Positions 1 through 10,836 of a stretch of DNA of 64,000 nucleotides are shown here, in pieces (position 1 is the first letter of the stretch; the number at the start of each line of letters is the position of its first letter). The notes below the pieces were generated by a model. That model saw nothing but the letters and a program-made list of their open reading frames with translations. It was not told where the DNA came from and ran no database searches. Both the position numbers and the translations under genes were made by a program. This DNA is from Candidatus Mcinerneyibacterium aminivorans (GTDB lineage Bacteria; Macinerneyibacteriota; Macinerneyibacteria; Macinerneyibacteriales; Macinerneyibacteriaceae): NCBI GenBank assembly GCA_008086245.1, contig VSIX01000032.1, positions 25,742 to 89,741 of the forward strand. Direction: 5' to 3'.

Positions 1-21
1 TTACTTTTCAAGGAGTAATAT

Positions 22-2418
22 ATGTATAACTTAGAAGTTCTTTCTGCTACCGAATTTGAAAATTTATCAAAAGATCTAATTGAAAACAAAACAAAAAAGT
101 CATTTACTACTTTTAAAAAGGGTAAAGATAAGGGTATAGATTTTATATATGATGAAGATAAAAAATTAGTTGGACAAGCAAAACATTACATAAACTCAAC
201 TTTTTCTGATTTAAAAAAATCTATGAAAAAAGAAAAGAAAAAAATGGATTTAGAAAAACCTGATAGGTATTTTCTATTTACATCTTTAAAATTAAATCCT
301 CAACAACATGAACAAATAAAACAAATTATGGAACCATATGTAAAAAGCGTAAGTGATATTTATAATTTTGATAATATAATAGAACTAATAAAAAATAATG
401 CGGAAATAGAGAAAAAATATTACAAACTATGGTTATCTAGTTCAAATATATTAAAAAGGATAATTAATAATGCTCAAGAAAGTACTCTTGAATTTTATAA
501 GGAAAAAATTCTGGATAATATAAAAGTTTATGTAAAAACTGATATATTTGATAAAGTTTTAGAAAAAATAAAAAAGAAAAATTTTATTATAATTTATGGA
601 GAACCAGGAATAGGAAAAACCGTAATATCAGAAATGTTAATTTACCATTTTTTAGCTGATTTTTTTTCATTAAAATATATTTCTGGAAATAAAATAATAG
701 AAATTGAGAGTATATTATCAAGAGATCCCCAAAAAAAGGAAATCATTTTTATTGATGATTTTTTAGGACAAAATTTTCTTCACTATCGAAATAAGAATAA
801 CCAAGATAAATTAGTAACTTTTATTGATAAATATTTAGATAAAAATAATAAATATGTGATATTAACTTCAAGAACTAATATATATAATAAAGCTAAAACA
901 AGATTAGAGAAGTTAAGGAATATTAGTTATAAATTAGTTGATTATTCTATAGAAATACAACAATATTCTAAATTAGAAAAAGCAAAAATATTATATAATC
1001 ACATTTATCATAAATCTATGAATAAAGAATACTTAAATGAACTGCTTAATGAAAACTTTTATTTAAAAATAATTAATCATAAAAATTACAATCCCAGATT
1101 GATAGAGTTTATTACTGAAACAGAACGTTTTGATAAAAGTTCTATGAAATCATATAATAAATGGATTATGGATAAATTAAACAATCCTCAAGATATTTGG
1201 GGAAATGAGTTTTTTGATAATTTAAATGAATATGAAAGAATAATATTACTTACGATACTATCATTTAATAAAACAAGTGAATATAATAAGATAGAAAATG
1301 CTTTTAATAAGAGATTAAAATATGAAATAAATCACAATAATATTTCAAATAAAAGGAACATTTTTAAAATATCAATGAGAACACTTTCTGATAGTTTTAT
1401 AAAAATAAAGACAATTTCAAATAAAGAAAAAAGATACATAGATTTTCTTAACCCTTCTATTAAAGATTTTTTAATACATTATTTGAAAAATGAATCTCAA
1501 GAACAAAAAAGTATTATTGAAAGTTTATATTACATTGATCAAATGAATATATTTATGGAAGAGGAAGAGGATATATTAAAAATTAATAATGATATTATAA
1601 TAGATAAATTAATTGGAGATATTGATGAAATTTATTCAGAAAATAATAAAGAGAATAAAATAATTGATATACTTAAAAGTTTAGATTTATATAATGATAT
1701 AATTAACTCAGATTATATTCAATTATGGAATAATATTATACAGAAATATAATATTAATAATATAGTTACTACAAGTGAAATAAAATTTCTTATTGATTAT
1801 TTCAAAAATCATTTAAATAAAACAACTTTGAGTTTAAATATTAATTTTTTAAAAAATATAGATTCTTTAGATAGGTTGGAATTAGCAAAAGAATTAATAG
1901 ATTTAATTTACAAAGATAAATTCCCTTTTGAATATATAAATAAAATAGAAGTGTTAAAATCAAATATTGAAGATATATATAATAAGGAAATTAATGATTC
2001 TTTAATTAATAATATTGATTACTATCTAGATGAAATTACTTATATCCCTGATGAATTTAGAGGTAGAACTAATCACAATTTGGAACAAAGAATATTAGAA
2101 GATATAGATGAAAATACTGATGATTTTATAAATGACTTAAATTATATTTTTAATTTTGATGTTGATTTTGAATCAATAGATTATATGGTTAAATATTTTC
2201 TAGAAAATTTTCCAGTTTATGAAGAGGAATATTTACAGATTATTGAAGATTATAGAGATGATTATATTAAAGAATCACTTGCCGAAGATGAATATATCAA
2301 TCAGCAAATTGATGAATGGAAGTTAAATAAACATGAAAATACAAATGCTGGAGAAACTCAAAATTCAAGTGAGATAGATAGGATTAAGGATATGTTTGAT
2401 GATTTAAAATGTGAATAA
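22..2418 (+). CDS. N-terminal Mrr-like/PD-(D/E)xK restriction-endonuclease domain fused to a STAND-type (nSTAND3-like) P-loop NTPase; candidate anti-phage protein
   Basis: N-terminal 'EFENL...DKGIDF...VGQAKHY' nuclease pattern; Walker A GEPGIGKT; Walker B IIFIDDFLG; 'VILTSR' and 'NYNPRLIE' motifs; acidic C-terminus; AGGAG RBS. Confidence 0.75.
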   Translation: MYNLEVLSATEFENLSKDLIENKTKKSFTTFKKGKDKGIDFIYDEDKKLVGQAKHYINSTFSDLKKSMKKEKKKMDLEKPDRYFLFTSLKLNPQQHEQIKQIMEPYVKSVSDIYNFDNIIELIKNNAEIEKKYYKLWLSSSNILKRIINNAQESTLEFYKEKILDNIKVYVKTDIFDKVLEKIKKKNFIIIYGEPGIGKTVISEMLIYHFLADFFSLKYISGNKIIEIESILSRDPQKKEIIFIDDFLGQNFLHYRNKNNQDKLVTFIDKYLDKNNKYVILTSRTNIYNKAKTRLEKLRNISYKLVDYSIEIQQYSKLEKAKILYNHIYHKSMNKEYLNELLNENFYLKIINHKNYNPRLIEFITETERFDKSSMKSYNKWIMDKLNNPQDIWGNEFFDNLNEYERIILLTILSFNKTSEYNKIENAFNKRLKYEINHNNISNKRNIFKISMRTLSDSFIKIKTISNKEKRYIDFLNPSIKDFLIHYLKNESQEQKSIIESLYYIDQMNIFMEEEEDILKINNDIIIDKLIGDIDEIYSENNKENKIIDILKSLDLYNDIINSDYIQLWNNIIQKYNINNIVTTSEIKFLIDYFKNHLNKTTLSLNINFLKNIDSLDRLELAKELIDLIYKDKFPFEYINKIEVLKSNIEDIYNKEINDSLINNIDYYLDEITYIPDEFRGRTNHNLEQRILEDIDENTDDFINDLNYIFNFDVDFESIDYMVKYFLENFPVYEEEYLQIIEDYRDDYIKESLAEDEYINQQIDEWKLNKHENTNAGETQNSSEIDRIKDMFDDLKCE

Positions 2419-2494
2419 TTAATAAAATTTTTAAATAAAAAAAATCATGAAATAAAATAACAATGAGTTTTTATAAATAAAAAGGAGAATAATT

Positions 2495-5400
2495 ATTAAA
2501 AAAGTAACAAATTATATTCTTTTCCTATTAAATCCACTTTCAATTGTTGGAATAATTGACACTTTTTTATTATGGAAGATTGTTTTTTTATTAATAAATT
2601 CAAAAACTATATTTTATTTATCTATTTATATTTATTCTTTCTTTGTGATAATAAGTGTAATAATTTTTGAGATATTATTGTATTCTTTCATTAAAAAACG
2701 AGATATAAATTATTTAGAACAACAAAATTTTTTCAATATTAAATCATTAAAAAATAAAGCTAAAGAATATAATGAAGATATATATTTTTATGATTTTTGG
2801 GATATTAAAATATGGAAAAAGTTAATTAAAAAATTTTTGCTTAATTTATATAATCCTACCAGCAAATCTGTATTAAAAATTAGTGTTTTATATGGATTAG
2901 GCGTCCTTATTAACAACTCTATATTTATTAATAGTGTAACAACCTCAAACTTTTATAACAACAAATTTTTTAATATCAACATTGCTTTTGTTTCCTTAAT
3001 TATTGCTATATTTATTTTTATTACAAAAGAGATTAAAGAAAAAATATTTTCTGGGGAGGTGGAATTAAAGAAAAGTTTTATATTTCCAATAGTTATTTTT
3101 GAAATATATAATTTACTAATAATTTTTTCTGGTTTGCAATCCTATACAATTATAAATACTTATATAATCGGTATTAGTTTAATTTATTCTGTATTTAAAT
3201 TAATAGAAATATATATTAATAAAAGTAAATATGATCTATATGAAAGAGAAATAATAAATGATAAATTTAAAATGATTCAAGCTAATAAAAACATATTAAA
3301 TATTGCTGATAAAATTTTAAAAATATATTTTAATAAAAAAAGTAGAAATATTAAAAATCCGGAACTAATTAAGTCATCTTTTGAAAATTCAATAGTAATT
3401 AAATCAAAAAGACAAGGTAAAATATCAGATATAAATTTAAAAAAATTAAGTATGTTTATTAAAAAAGTAAATAAATGTATAGAATTAAATACAGGGAATA
3501 AAGATAAAAATTATGAAATTAAATTTAATTTTAAGTTTAATAAAAAATTAAATCATAATAAGAATTTAATTGAATTAAATTTTGAAAATTCAGAAAAATA
3601 TCGAAATAAGATTATTAAAATGTGGGAAAGGAATAATCCCTTGAAGATAAAAAGTGGAAGAAATGATAGAGAAACAATAACATATGAGTTTAATAAGTTG
3701 TATGAAAGAATTATAAGTGCATTTATTAATGATGATCATGTTAAGATACAAAATATATTAAAAAAGTATAATATTTTTATTGATAATATATTAAAATCTA
3801 TTTATAGGAATATAAATATAGAAAAAATTCAAAATAAAAAACATTCAATTGAAAGATTATTTCATCCTAAATTTAATGATGAATTAGAACATACAATAAG
3901 TAAAATTTATTCTGCAATTATAAGAAATAATAAATATTTTATATTAACAAATGATTTTAAAAATTTTATTTTAGAAAATATCTATAAATCTATTACTTAT
4001 TTAAATCCATATTATTTTAAATCTTTTTTAGATTATTTAATTTACTTTTATTTAGATACTCATAAAAATAATAATAATTATAACTATACTCTTGATCTGT
4101 TTTTTAGAAGAGTAGAAGAAATTTATAATTTTATTATCAGTAGGACTAAAAGAAAAGATATTAATTTAACAAAATCTAAAGATTTCATAGTAAGTATTTT
4201 GCAATTTTTTAAAAAATTCATTAGATATCTTTATGATAGAAATGGCTATGAAATATTAAGTAGAGTTTTTAATGAAATGAATACTCTATTTCAAAAAAAT
4301 ATCTTAAAAATTATAAATTATAGTAATATTGAGAATAGTAATAAAGAATGTTTTAAAAATTATGAAAATATTAAAAATAATTATTGTTTTAATAAAATTG
4401 TAATGAGATATAAAAATCAATTACTATTTGGTATGAGCTCTTATTTTAATATGTCTTTAAATAAATATAAATGTAAAAAAGACAAAACAGTAGAAGATAT
4501 TCATAAAATAGTTAATACAAAAAAAATATTAAATAAAATCATAAGGAATGAAGGGTTATTAAATATAGACCAAATAATATTATATTATAAAGATTATTCG
4601 AACAGAAAAATTGAAAATTTTTGGGGATTTTCAAACTGGGAAAACTTTGATTCAACAGGATGGGGTAGGTTATATATTCATGATTACTATAGATTAACAT
4701 TCTTAATTCAAATTTATTTTATTAAAATGAAACAAAATAATAAAAAAATTCCTTATGATGATTTTATAGCAAAAAATGCTGATAGATTAGTTAATGATAT
4801 TAAAAATAATGAAGAATATAAAAAAACAGTGAAAGAAATATTGAAAATTGAAAAGTTAGATAAGAAATTAATAGAAAATATTGAAAATGAAATAAAAGAT
4901 ATTAAAGATAATTATAAAAAGAGAAAAGAAAAAGAACTAAAAAAGAAACCTATATCCGAAAAAAAAGTAAAAGAATTCAAAAAAAATATGTATAATGAAT
5001 ATTCTTCTCTACGAAAAATTAAAAATATTTTTAATAATATAAAAAGGAAGAAGGATGAACAAATAACAATAACTGGGATTACTCAGGCGCATGATAAAAA
5101 ACCATTCGTTGAAGTAGAAGAGAATTTTATAAGTAATATAGGTGAGGTATATGGTAGAGGTTTAGCAGAAATGGAAGATAAAAAAATAATTTCCGATATT
5201 TGCCGAAAATCAAAATCATTAAATAAACAAGTTACTAATTATAATGAATTAAAGAATTTACTGAATCAAAATAATATTAATAATAATTTTATTTGTTTGA
5301 CCAAGTATCAAAATCTTTATGAGTTAAAAGATAATTGTGAGATGTTTAAACAGGAAAATATGCTGAGTAATACAAAAGGGAAATTTGAGTTAAGTAAGAG

Positions 5401-5758
5401 AGAAATTAATATATATTTCATTCCACAAAAATTTATAAGAAATGATTTTTTATTTATTAATTTGGAAAATATTAAGTTTATTCAATATGAGCCATTAAAT
5501 AAAAATGAGAGCATTAAGAAAAAAATTAATGAGTTTTATGTTGATATCCAGGCGTTTTCAGAAAATGAAAAACTAATGAAACAATTATTAAAAGATAAAC
5601 CAGATTGGTTAGTTAAAAAAGGAAGTGAAAGAGACCAGAAGGAACATTTAAAACAAAAAGTCTGGATTAAAATATTTGAAAGATTTGATATTAAAATTAT
5701 TGATAAAAATAAAACTACAGTTTTTTTTGTAGAAATGGAAAGGGATGATAAACTTTGA
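2495..5758 (+). CDS. Large hypothetical membrane protein (several N-terminal TM segments, long soluble C-terminal region); start uncertain (ATT 2492/2495 or GTG 2645)
   Basis: 1037-aa ORF from GTG 2645. The frame is open back to 2477, with AAGGAG at 2482-2487. Hydrophobic stretches in the first ~250 aa. Stop overlaps the next start. Confidence 0.65.
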   Translation: MKKVTNYILFLLNPLSIVGIIDTFLLWKIVFLLINSKTIFYLSIYIYSFFVIISVIIFEILLYSFIKKRDINYLEQQNFFNIKSLKNKAKEYNEDIYFYDFWDIKIWKKLIKKFLLNLYNPTSKSVLKISVLYGLGVLINNSIFINSVTTSNFYNNKFFNINIAFVSLIIAIFIFITKEIKEKIFSGEVELKKSFIFPIVIFEIYNLLIIFSGLQSYTIINTYIIGISLIYSVFKLIEIYINKSKYDLYEREIINDKFKMIQANKNILNIADKILKIYFNKKSRNIKNPELIKSSFENSIVIKSKRQGKISDINLKKLSMFIKKVNKCIELNTGNKDKNYEIKFNFKFNKKLNHNKNLIELNFENSEKYRNKIIKMWERNNPLKIKSGRNDRETITYEFNKLYERIISAFINDDHVKIQNILKKYNIFIDNILKSIYRNINIEKIQNKKHSIERLFHPKFNDELEHTISKIYSAIIRNNKYFILTNDFKNFILENIYKSITYLNPYYFKSFLDYLIYFYLDTHKNNNNYNYTLDLFFRRVEEIYNFIISRTKRKDINLTKSKDFIVSILQFFKKFIRYLYDRNGYEILSRVFNEMNTLFQKNILKIINYSNIENSNKECFKNYENIKNNYCFNKIVMRYKNQLLFGMSSYFNMSLNKYKCKKDKTVEDIHKIVNTKKILNKIIRNEGLLNIDQIILYYKDYSNRKIENFWGFSNWENFDSTGWGRLYIHDYYRLTFLIQIYFIKMKQNNKKIPYDDFIAKNADRLVNDIKNNEEYKKTVKEILKIEKLDKKLIENIENEIKDIKDNYKKRKEKELKKKPISEKKVKEFKKNMYNEYSSLRKIKNIFNNIKRKKDEQITITGITQAHDKKPFVEVEENFISNIGEVYGRGLAEMEDKKIISDICRKSKSLNKQVTNYNELKNLLNQNNINNNFICLTKYQNLYELKDNCEMFKQENMLSNTKGKFELSKREINIYFIPQKFIRNDFLFINLENIKFIQYEPLNKNESIKKKINEFYVDIQAFSENEKLMKQLLKDKPDWLVKKGSERDQKEHLKQKVWIKIFERFDIKIIDKNKTTVFFVEMERDDKL

Positions 5759-7188
5759 AATTAAAATCTGATCCAATTGAAATTCCTAAACTTGAGGATA
5801 TTGAAAATGAAGATCAAATTTTTAAAAATGATAAATTAAAAAGGAAAGAAGAAATTGAAATATTAACTAATTTTGTTCAGAATGTTGAAACACCCTTTGT
5901 TATAACAGTAAATTCACAATGGGGGAATGGAAAAACTACTTTTATTAGATTATGGAGAAGATATTTAGAGTTCAAGAATATTCCTACTATCCTATTCAAT
6001 GCATGGGAAACTGAATTTTTAGATATGCCCTTATTTTCTTTAATTGGTGAATTAGATGAACATATTACAGAGAATAAAAATATAAGACAGCAGGAAAAGG
6101 AAAAACTAAAAAATGCAGCTAAAGGAATATATGATAATAAATTAAATATTTTGATTAAACTACTTTCTAGAGGAACCTTAGCAGCAGAGGAGTTTAAAAA
6201 TAATTATGATTTCAGTATAGAAAAATATAAGGAACTTAAAAAGGGTATAAATGATTTAAAAGATAATGTAAATGATACAATAAAAGATATTTTAAAAAAA
6301 TATAACAAAAATTATAAAAATAAAGAGAAGAATAAAGAAATTACAGGGGATATTAATATTTTTAATCCAAATAATTTAATATTTTTCATAGATGAGTTGG
6401 ATAGATGTAAACCTTTCTATGTTATAAATATGCTGGAAAAAATCAAACATTTTTTTAATATTAAAAATGTAGTATTTGTTCTTTCAATAGACAAAAACCA
6501 AATTCAAAATGCATTAAAATCAGTTTATAGTAATGAAATTGAAGCAAAGCAATTTCTAAATAAAATTATTGATTTGAATTATGATTTAAAATCTATTAGT
6601 AGTGAAAAGTATTTACAATCTTTAATAACAAAATTTGGAATTGAAATATTAAATGAAGAAAAAAATATTTATGGTGAAAAAATTAATATTATAAAAATTA
6701 TTCGATACTTTTGTAATAAAAAAGGTTACAGTTATAGACAAAAGGAATTTTTTATAAGATACATAGTTCTTGTATCTAAAGTTATACAAGAATTAGATGA
6801 GATAACTTTTGTTTTTACACCCTTTATAATTTTTATAATGTTGGAAGATAAAAATAGCTATAAAAAAATATTAAACAATAATTATAATCCCCAAAAATTA
6901 ATTAATAATATAATTAAAAATCATAATATAAATGATAATTCTTTCAATAAAAAATATCTTGGAATAGTAGAAGCTTTATTAAGATACAAAAAAAATGATC
7001 CTGAAATGCTTGAAAGTTATCGTAATAACTATACAAGAAATGAAGATGGTTCTAAAAGTAGAGCATATTATGTTGTATCAACAATTACTTCCTTAGGTAA
7101 AAATATAAAAGAGATAAAAGAAAAAATGGAAAAAATAATAAGAAGCATAAATTTATTAGAGGGTATTTTTTTTAGTAGTGAAAAATAA
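5755..7188 (+). CDS. KAP family P-loop NTPase
   Basis: Walker A 'NSQWGNGKTT', 'FNAWE', Walker B 'FFIDELDRC', 'LEKIKHFF', 'FLNKIID'. Confidence 0.9.
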   Translation: MKLKSDPIEIPKLEDIENEDQIFKNDKLKRKEEIEILTNFVQNVETPFVITVNSQWGNGKTTFIRLWRRYLEFKNIPTILFNAWETEFLDMPLFSLIGELDEHITENKNIRQQEKEKLKNAAKGIYDNKLNILIKLLSRGTLAAEEFKNNYDFSIEKYKELKKGINDLKDNVNDTIKDILKKYNKNYKNKEKNKEITGDINIFNPNNLIFFIDELDRCKPFYVINMLEKIKHFFNIKNVVFVLSIDKNQIQNALKSVYSNEIEAKQFLNKIIDLNYDLKSISSEKYLQSLITKFGIEILNEEKNIYGEKINIIKIIRYFCNKKGYSYRQKEFFIRYIVLVSKVIQELDEITFVFTPFIIFIMLEDKNSYKKILNNNYNPQKLINNIIKNHNINDNSFNKKYLGIVEALLRYKKNDPEMLESYRNNYTRNEDGSKSRAYYVVSTITSLGKNIKEIKEKMEKIIRSINLLEGIFFSSEK

Positions 7189-8080
7189 ATTAATGAATAA
7201 TCAAATAAAAAACCTATTCACCTGCCCAAGCTGCAGCTTCGAATTTAAAATCAAAGAGAATAAACTAATATGCACAGATTGTGGAAACGAATATGAAATT
7301 GATGATAACCTTATCGATTTTGGAGTAAAACAGCAGAGGTTTGTAAATAACTGGGGAGGGACGGCAGATGAAGATGAAGCTATGGAGTGGATTACAAATC
7401 TAATAGAAGAAGGATATCTCATAGAAGAGGATCTGCAGTGGCTTCAGAAAAATGTTAACGAAGATGCCATTGAAAGCAGCTGGAAGCAGGCTTTAGAGGA
7501 AATCAGGGGTGAATACTACAATCCTGATAACGATGTGATAGTGGATCTGGCAAGTGGAATGGGTTCTGTATTCAATAATGGAATGGATTTTAAAAAACTG
7601 GAAGGCAAGACTGTTATCCTTACAGATTTGAGCAGAAAAATACTGGAAGATGTAAGGGATAGATTGAAAGAGAAAACTCAAAATATAAATATGATTTATG
7701 CAGTTTGTGATGTGGGCAATCTTCCTCTTAAAGATAATTCGGTTGATTTTATCTCCTCGGTTGGAGTTTTTGCCAACGCTTTTAGCGGTAAAGATATACT
7801 TGGTGAGCTGAAGAGAATTTTAAAACCTTCAAAAAGATTTAAATTATTTGAGTTCTTAAATATTGAGGGCAGCAGATCGCAAAAATTAAAGGAAAAAATA
7901 GCAAATGAAGATATTTTATCAACGGTTGAAAGATTCAAAATCGGTTTTGAGGAGATTGATCTGAAGAAATTTGAAATTGATAAACTTTATGAGGGTGTAG
8001 CTCACATGGAGGGAGATCTACTTCCTCTTAAGGATGAAAAGGGCGTCTGGGCACTTATTAGAGCGGTAAATTGTCAATAG
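7178..8080 (+). CDS. Class I SAM-dependent methyltransferase with N-terminal Zn-ribbon
   Basis: CPSC..CTDC; motif I VDLASGMG; 'CDVGNLPLKDNSVD'; 'ELKRILKP'. Confidence 0.85.
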   Translation: MKNKLMNNQIKNLFTCPSCSFEFKIKENKLICTDCGNEYEIDDNLIDFGVKQQRFVNNWGGTADEDEAMEWITNLIEEGYLIEEDLQWLQKNVNEDAIESSWKQALEEIRGEYYNPDNDVIVDLASGMGSVFNNGMDFKKLEGKTVILTDLSRKILEDVRDRLKEKTQNINMIYAVCDVGNLPLKDNSVDFISSVGVFANAFSGKDILGELKRILKPSKRFKLFEFLNIEGSRSQKLKEKIANEDILSTVERFKIGFEEIDLKKFEIDKLYEGVAHMEGDLLPLKDEKGVWALIRAVNCQ

Positions 8081-8421
8081 TGAATATAAAATAAATCCAG
8101 AGAAGATTTTCAAAAAATTAAGAAGAATTTATAATAGATAACTGGAATATAAACTACTCTGAAATATACAGTTAATCTCCAATTTAAGTTTATCAATACA
8201 AAAGAAATATTTTTAATTAATAAATAAGAAAGTAATTACTGTTAATATTTTCAACTATTGGTATAAGTAATACAAAAAATAGCTTGAAATATTATTTGAG
8301 TATGGGAAAATATTATGCAGGGATATCTTGGGGAAGATAATCTTTAAATTTATTATTTAAAAATTTACAAGATATTCTTTTTAGATATAAGTTTTAAAGT
8401 TTTTTAGAGAGGAGTTTACTA

Positions 8422-9186
8422 ATGAAAAAATTTGTTACTGTATTTTTAATTGTGGGAATTTTATTTGCATTTGGCTGTTCTGATGAAAACACTACAGGAA
8501 TATCGGATGATAATTCATCGGGAGATGATTCGGATGATGGTACAAATGAATCAGATCCTGTTGTTGAAGTATTAAATATAACAGAACTTGATACGGAATA
8601 TTCTCCAAGATATGTTATTTCTTATGAAAATACTTTTTCTCATGGAGAGCATAAAATATATAAGGTAGAAAATGGAATTGAATGGTATGGGTTGTGGTTT
8701 TCTAATGATGGGACAAATAATTTACCTTATGAAGTACAGGAAAAACCATTATCTGTATTTGATTTTATTAATTCAAATGGATATCTTATTGAATATCCTT
8801 TAGAAATAGGTACCAGCTGGTATGAAAGTGTATCGCTTAGAGGAATTAACTGGAGTGGAGCATCAAGTATTAGATCATTGAATGATACAGTAGAATTTGA
8901 AGAAAATCAGTTTGAAAATTGTATAAGAATTAGGACAGAAATTACCGGGGAAGGTGACGACTCGTTCGGTGAAACAGTTACAGATAAAATGAATGCGTTA
9001 GGCAGAGGTACAAGATATACCTGGCTTAAAAAAGGTGTAGGAATAGTTAAAATCGAATATAACCACGAAAATGGAAATGTAACTGTTATTGAACTTGATA
9101 CATATTCAGTAGAAAGTTCTGATAGTTATTTCCCAATGGCGGTTGGTAATAGCTGGACCTACAACTGGTACTACAAAACAAATTAA
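8422..9186 (+). CDS. Hypothetical lipoprotein
   Basis: Lipobox FAFGC, acidic linker, 'YPLEIGTSW' and 'YFPMAVGNSWTY' motifs; AGGAG RBS. Confidence 0.7.
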   Translation: MKKFVTVFLIVGILFAFGCSDENTTGISDDNSSGDDSDDGTNESDPVVEVLNITELDTEYSPRYVISYENTFSHGEHKIYKVENGIEWYGLWFSNDGTNNLPYEVQEKPLSVFDFINSNGYLIEYPLEIGTSWYESVSLRGINWSGASSIRSLNDTVEFEENQFENCIRIRTEITGEGDDSFGETVTDKMNALGRGTRYTWLKKGVGIVKIEYNHENGNVTVIELDTYSVESSDSYFPMAVGNSWTYNWYYKTN

Positions 9187-9197
9187 GTAAATGAAAA

Positions 9198-9250
9198 TTC
9201 TGGTATTTCCCAGCTTGCTGGGAAATACCGGGAACTTCTTGTTTACTTTT
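9198..9250 (+). terminator. Probable intrinsic terminator
   Basis: GGTATTTCCCAGC-TT-GCTGGGAAATACC hairpin followed by T-rich sequence. Confidence 0.7.
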
Positions 9251-9421
9251 TATATATTATTAGAAATTAAGTTAATGAAGATGATTGTTTCATAATCTTA
9301 TTTCCTGTATTACTTTTAATTATTTTTATATCAAATATATTACTTGTAAGAACTTTCAATTTTCATCTTTTAATTTTTTTAAAAATGTAGTATTATTAAT
9401 ATATGAAAATAGGAGTAAATT

Positions 9422-10234
9422 ATGATCTGGCAGAAGCTTATATTTAATATCATTTTATTAATCGCTATAGCCTATTTTTTGATAGGGCTGTTTTTTTACT
9501 TCATGCAGAAATCTTTTATTTACCATCCCGATGAAATGGATTTTGAAAGCTGTGAGGGGTTTGAGGATTATGAAAAGATAAATCATAATGGTACCAGATT
9601 CTACTTTAAAAAAACTTCCGGAGAAAATGTCCTTATTTATTATCACGGGAATGCAGGTTCTGCATGCAGCAGAAGTAACCTGAAACACTTTTTTGAGAAC
9701 TGCACCTGCTCATTAATATTTGTTGAATATGCCGGGTATGCCGGTGATGAAAAAAAACCCTCAAAAAATCTAATTCTTGAGGATGTTAAAAATGTTAAAA
9801 ATTTCCTAGAAAGCAGTAAATTTAAAAATGTGATTGTTTACGGACAGAGTATAGGTTCCGGTCCCGCAAGTTATCATGCTTCTCTTGGAGGTGTAGATTC
9901 GCTAATTCTTGTATCTCCCTTTTCAAGTTTGGAAGATGTGGCTCAATCAAAATTTAAAATCTATCCCGTTTCACTGATACTGAAAGAAAATTATACCAAT
10001 GTAAAATGGCTTTCAGAATTTAAGGGTCATTTAAAAATATTTCACGGTGATAGAGATTCAGTGGTAGATCATAAATTTTCAAAAAAGCTGTATGAGAATA
10101 TTAATATAGAGAAAAAGGATTATGTTCTAATAGAGAACAGGGGGCATAACGATATATGGGATTCCGAAAAGTTTCAAAAGCTATTGAAAAGATTCATTAT
10201 TAATAAATCAAAACAAATCGGAGGAGTTAAATGA
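9422..10234 (+). CDS. Membrane-anchored alpha/beta hydrolase (ABHD13/Bem46-like)
   Basis: YYHGNAG, nucleophile GQSIG, HGDRD, GHND. Confidence 0.85.
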   Translation: MIWQKLIFNIILLIAIAYFLIGLFFYFMQKSFIYHPDEMDFESCEGFEDYEKINHNGTRFYFKKTSGENVLIYYHGNAGSACSRSNLKHFFENCTCSLIFVEYAGYAGDEKKPSKNLILEDVKNVKNFLESSKFKNVIVYGQSIGSGPASYHASLGGVDSLILVSPFSSLEDVAQSKFKIYPVSLILKENYTNVKWLSEFKGHLKIFHGDRDSVVDHKFSKKLYENINIEKKDYVLIENRGHNDIWDSEKFQKLLKRFIINKSKQIGGVK

Positions 10235-10719
10235 AGCTTTTTTTGAGAAAAGCGGATAAAAGCGATTATGAAGAACTCTGCAGGATAATCAAACAGGTTG
10301 ATTTTCTGCATCATAGAAATTTGCCCAACATATTTGAGAATAATCCCGGTCCCGCCAGAACCCCCGAATATCTTTTTTCGATTATCGATGGAGAAAAAAA
10401 GGAGATAATAGTTGCCGAAACGGATGAGAAAATACTGGGGTTGGTGATTATTGGCATAGAAACTTCTCCGGATTATTCGGTTCTGATTCCCAGAAAATAC
10501 GTTCTGATAGATAATATAGCAGTTGATGATAATTACAGAAATAAAGGAGTAGGAACCGCTTTAATGAAAAAGGTACATAAATGGGCAAAGAGTAGAAATA
10601 TAAATGAAATTGTTTTGAATGTATATGAGTTTAATGATGAGGCTATAGAATTTTATAAAAAGCTGGGCTATAGAACCAGAAGCAGAAGAATGGCTGTTAA
10701 ATTAAATAAAATAAATTAA
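10231..10719 (+). CDS. GNAT family N-acetyltransferase
   Basis: YRNKGVGTALM, N..AIEFYKKLGY. Confidence 0.9.
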   Translation: MKLFLRKADKSDYEELCRIIKQVDFLHHRNLPNIFENNPGPARTPEYLFSIIDGEKKEIIVAETDEKILGLVIIGIETSPDYSVLIPRKYVLIDNIAVDDNYRNKGVGTALMKKVHKWAKSRNINEIVLNVYEFNDEAIEFYKKLGYRTRSRRMAVKLNKIN

Positions 10720-10836
10720 GATTAAATATGAATCTAAAATCATAAAATATTATTAATCTATGAGGTATTCCATTATCTTCTTGATTGAACCCCCAATTTA
10801 TTTTAAAATCTTGAGTGTGTTTATAGGGGAGTATTT

